From: the human T2T-CHM13v2.0 reference genome, Homo sapiens
DNA: 64,000 nucleotides
Reading direction: 5' to 3' (one strand)
NCBI RefSeq assembly: GCF_009914755.1
Contig: NC_060939.1
The translations under genes were made by a program, and so were the position numbers. The notes beneath the pieces were generated by a model. It had not been told where the DNA came from, did no database searches, and saw only the letters and a program-made list of their open reading frames with translations. This document shows positions 63,791 to 64,000 of this stretch, piece by piece (position 1 is the stretch's first letter; each line of letters opens with the position of its first letter).

Positions 63791-64000
63791 AAAGCAAATA
63801 CTGGCAATGCTGCAGAGAATCTGGATCACTCATACATTGCCAATGAGAATGTTAGATGTTACAGCCATTCTGGAAAACAGTTTGGCAGTTTCTTAAAAAA
63901 CTAAACATGCTATTAACATGTGGACATGTGCTATTAACAAGTGCTGGATTTATACCAGAGACAGGAAGGCTTATGTTCACACAAAAACCTATACATGAAT

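Larger units (their letters stand above)
56960..64000 (+). mobile_element. Long L1MC-type LINE (repetitive 5'UTR, ORF1 remnant about 59850-60850, ORF2 remnant from about 61330 with deletions), running off the window end
   Basis: Collinear sense L1 parts (tcctcagaaaccatggaaaccaga; ttaaatataaatggtctaaatgcaccagttaaa; ttatgttcacacaaaaacc). Confidence 0.8.

Overview
AT-rich, CpG-depleted primate DNA (human-like, judged from AluY/S/J, THE1 and L1PA elements), intronic or intergenic in character. More than half is interspersed repeat: about 20 Alu/FLAM elements, several L1s (one full-length L1MA-type with target-site duplications, TSDs), a complete THE1 provirus, MLT1/MLT2/MER21-type solo LTRs, Tigger DNA transposons, MIR and L2. 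No supplied ORF can be supported as a real protein-coding gene; they fall in repeats or low-complexity DNA or are chance length. The mostly unique segments (about 1-7.5 kb and 41-48.7 kb) hold a few candidate micro-exons and two putative regulatory stretches; I cannot name a host gene. I found no new biological system. The most interesting signals are fossil rearrangements: a 223-bp templated copy of a nearby L1 5'UTR inside an AluJ, an inverted duplication of an Alu tail plus flank, an older L1MC-type 3' end nested in a younger L1MA, a probable L1 3' transduction, and a twin-primed L1. Subfamily names come from recalled consensus features, not a database search, and boundaries are approximate.
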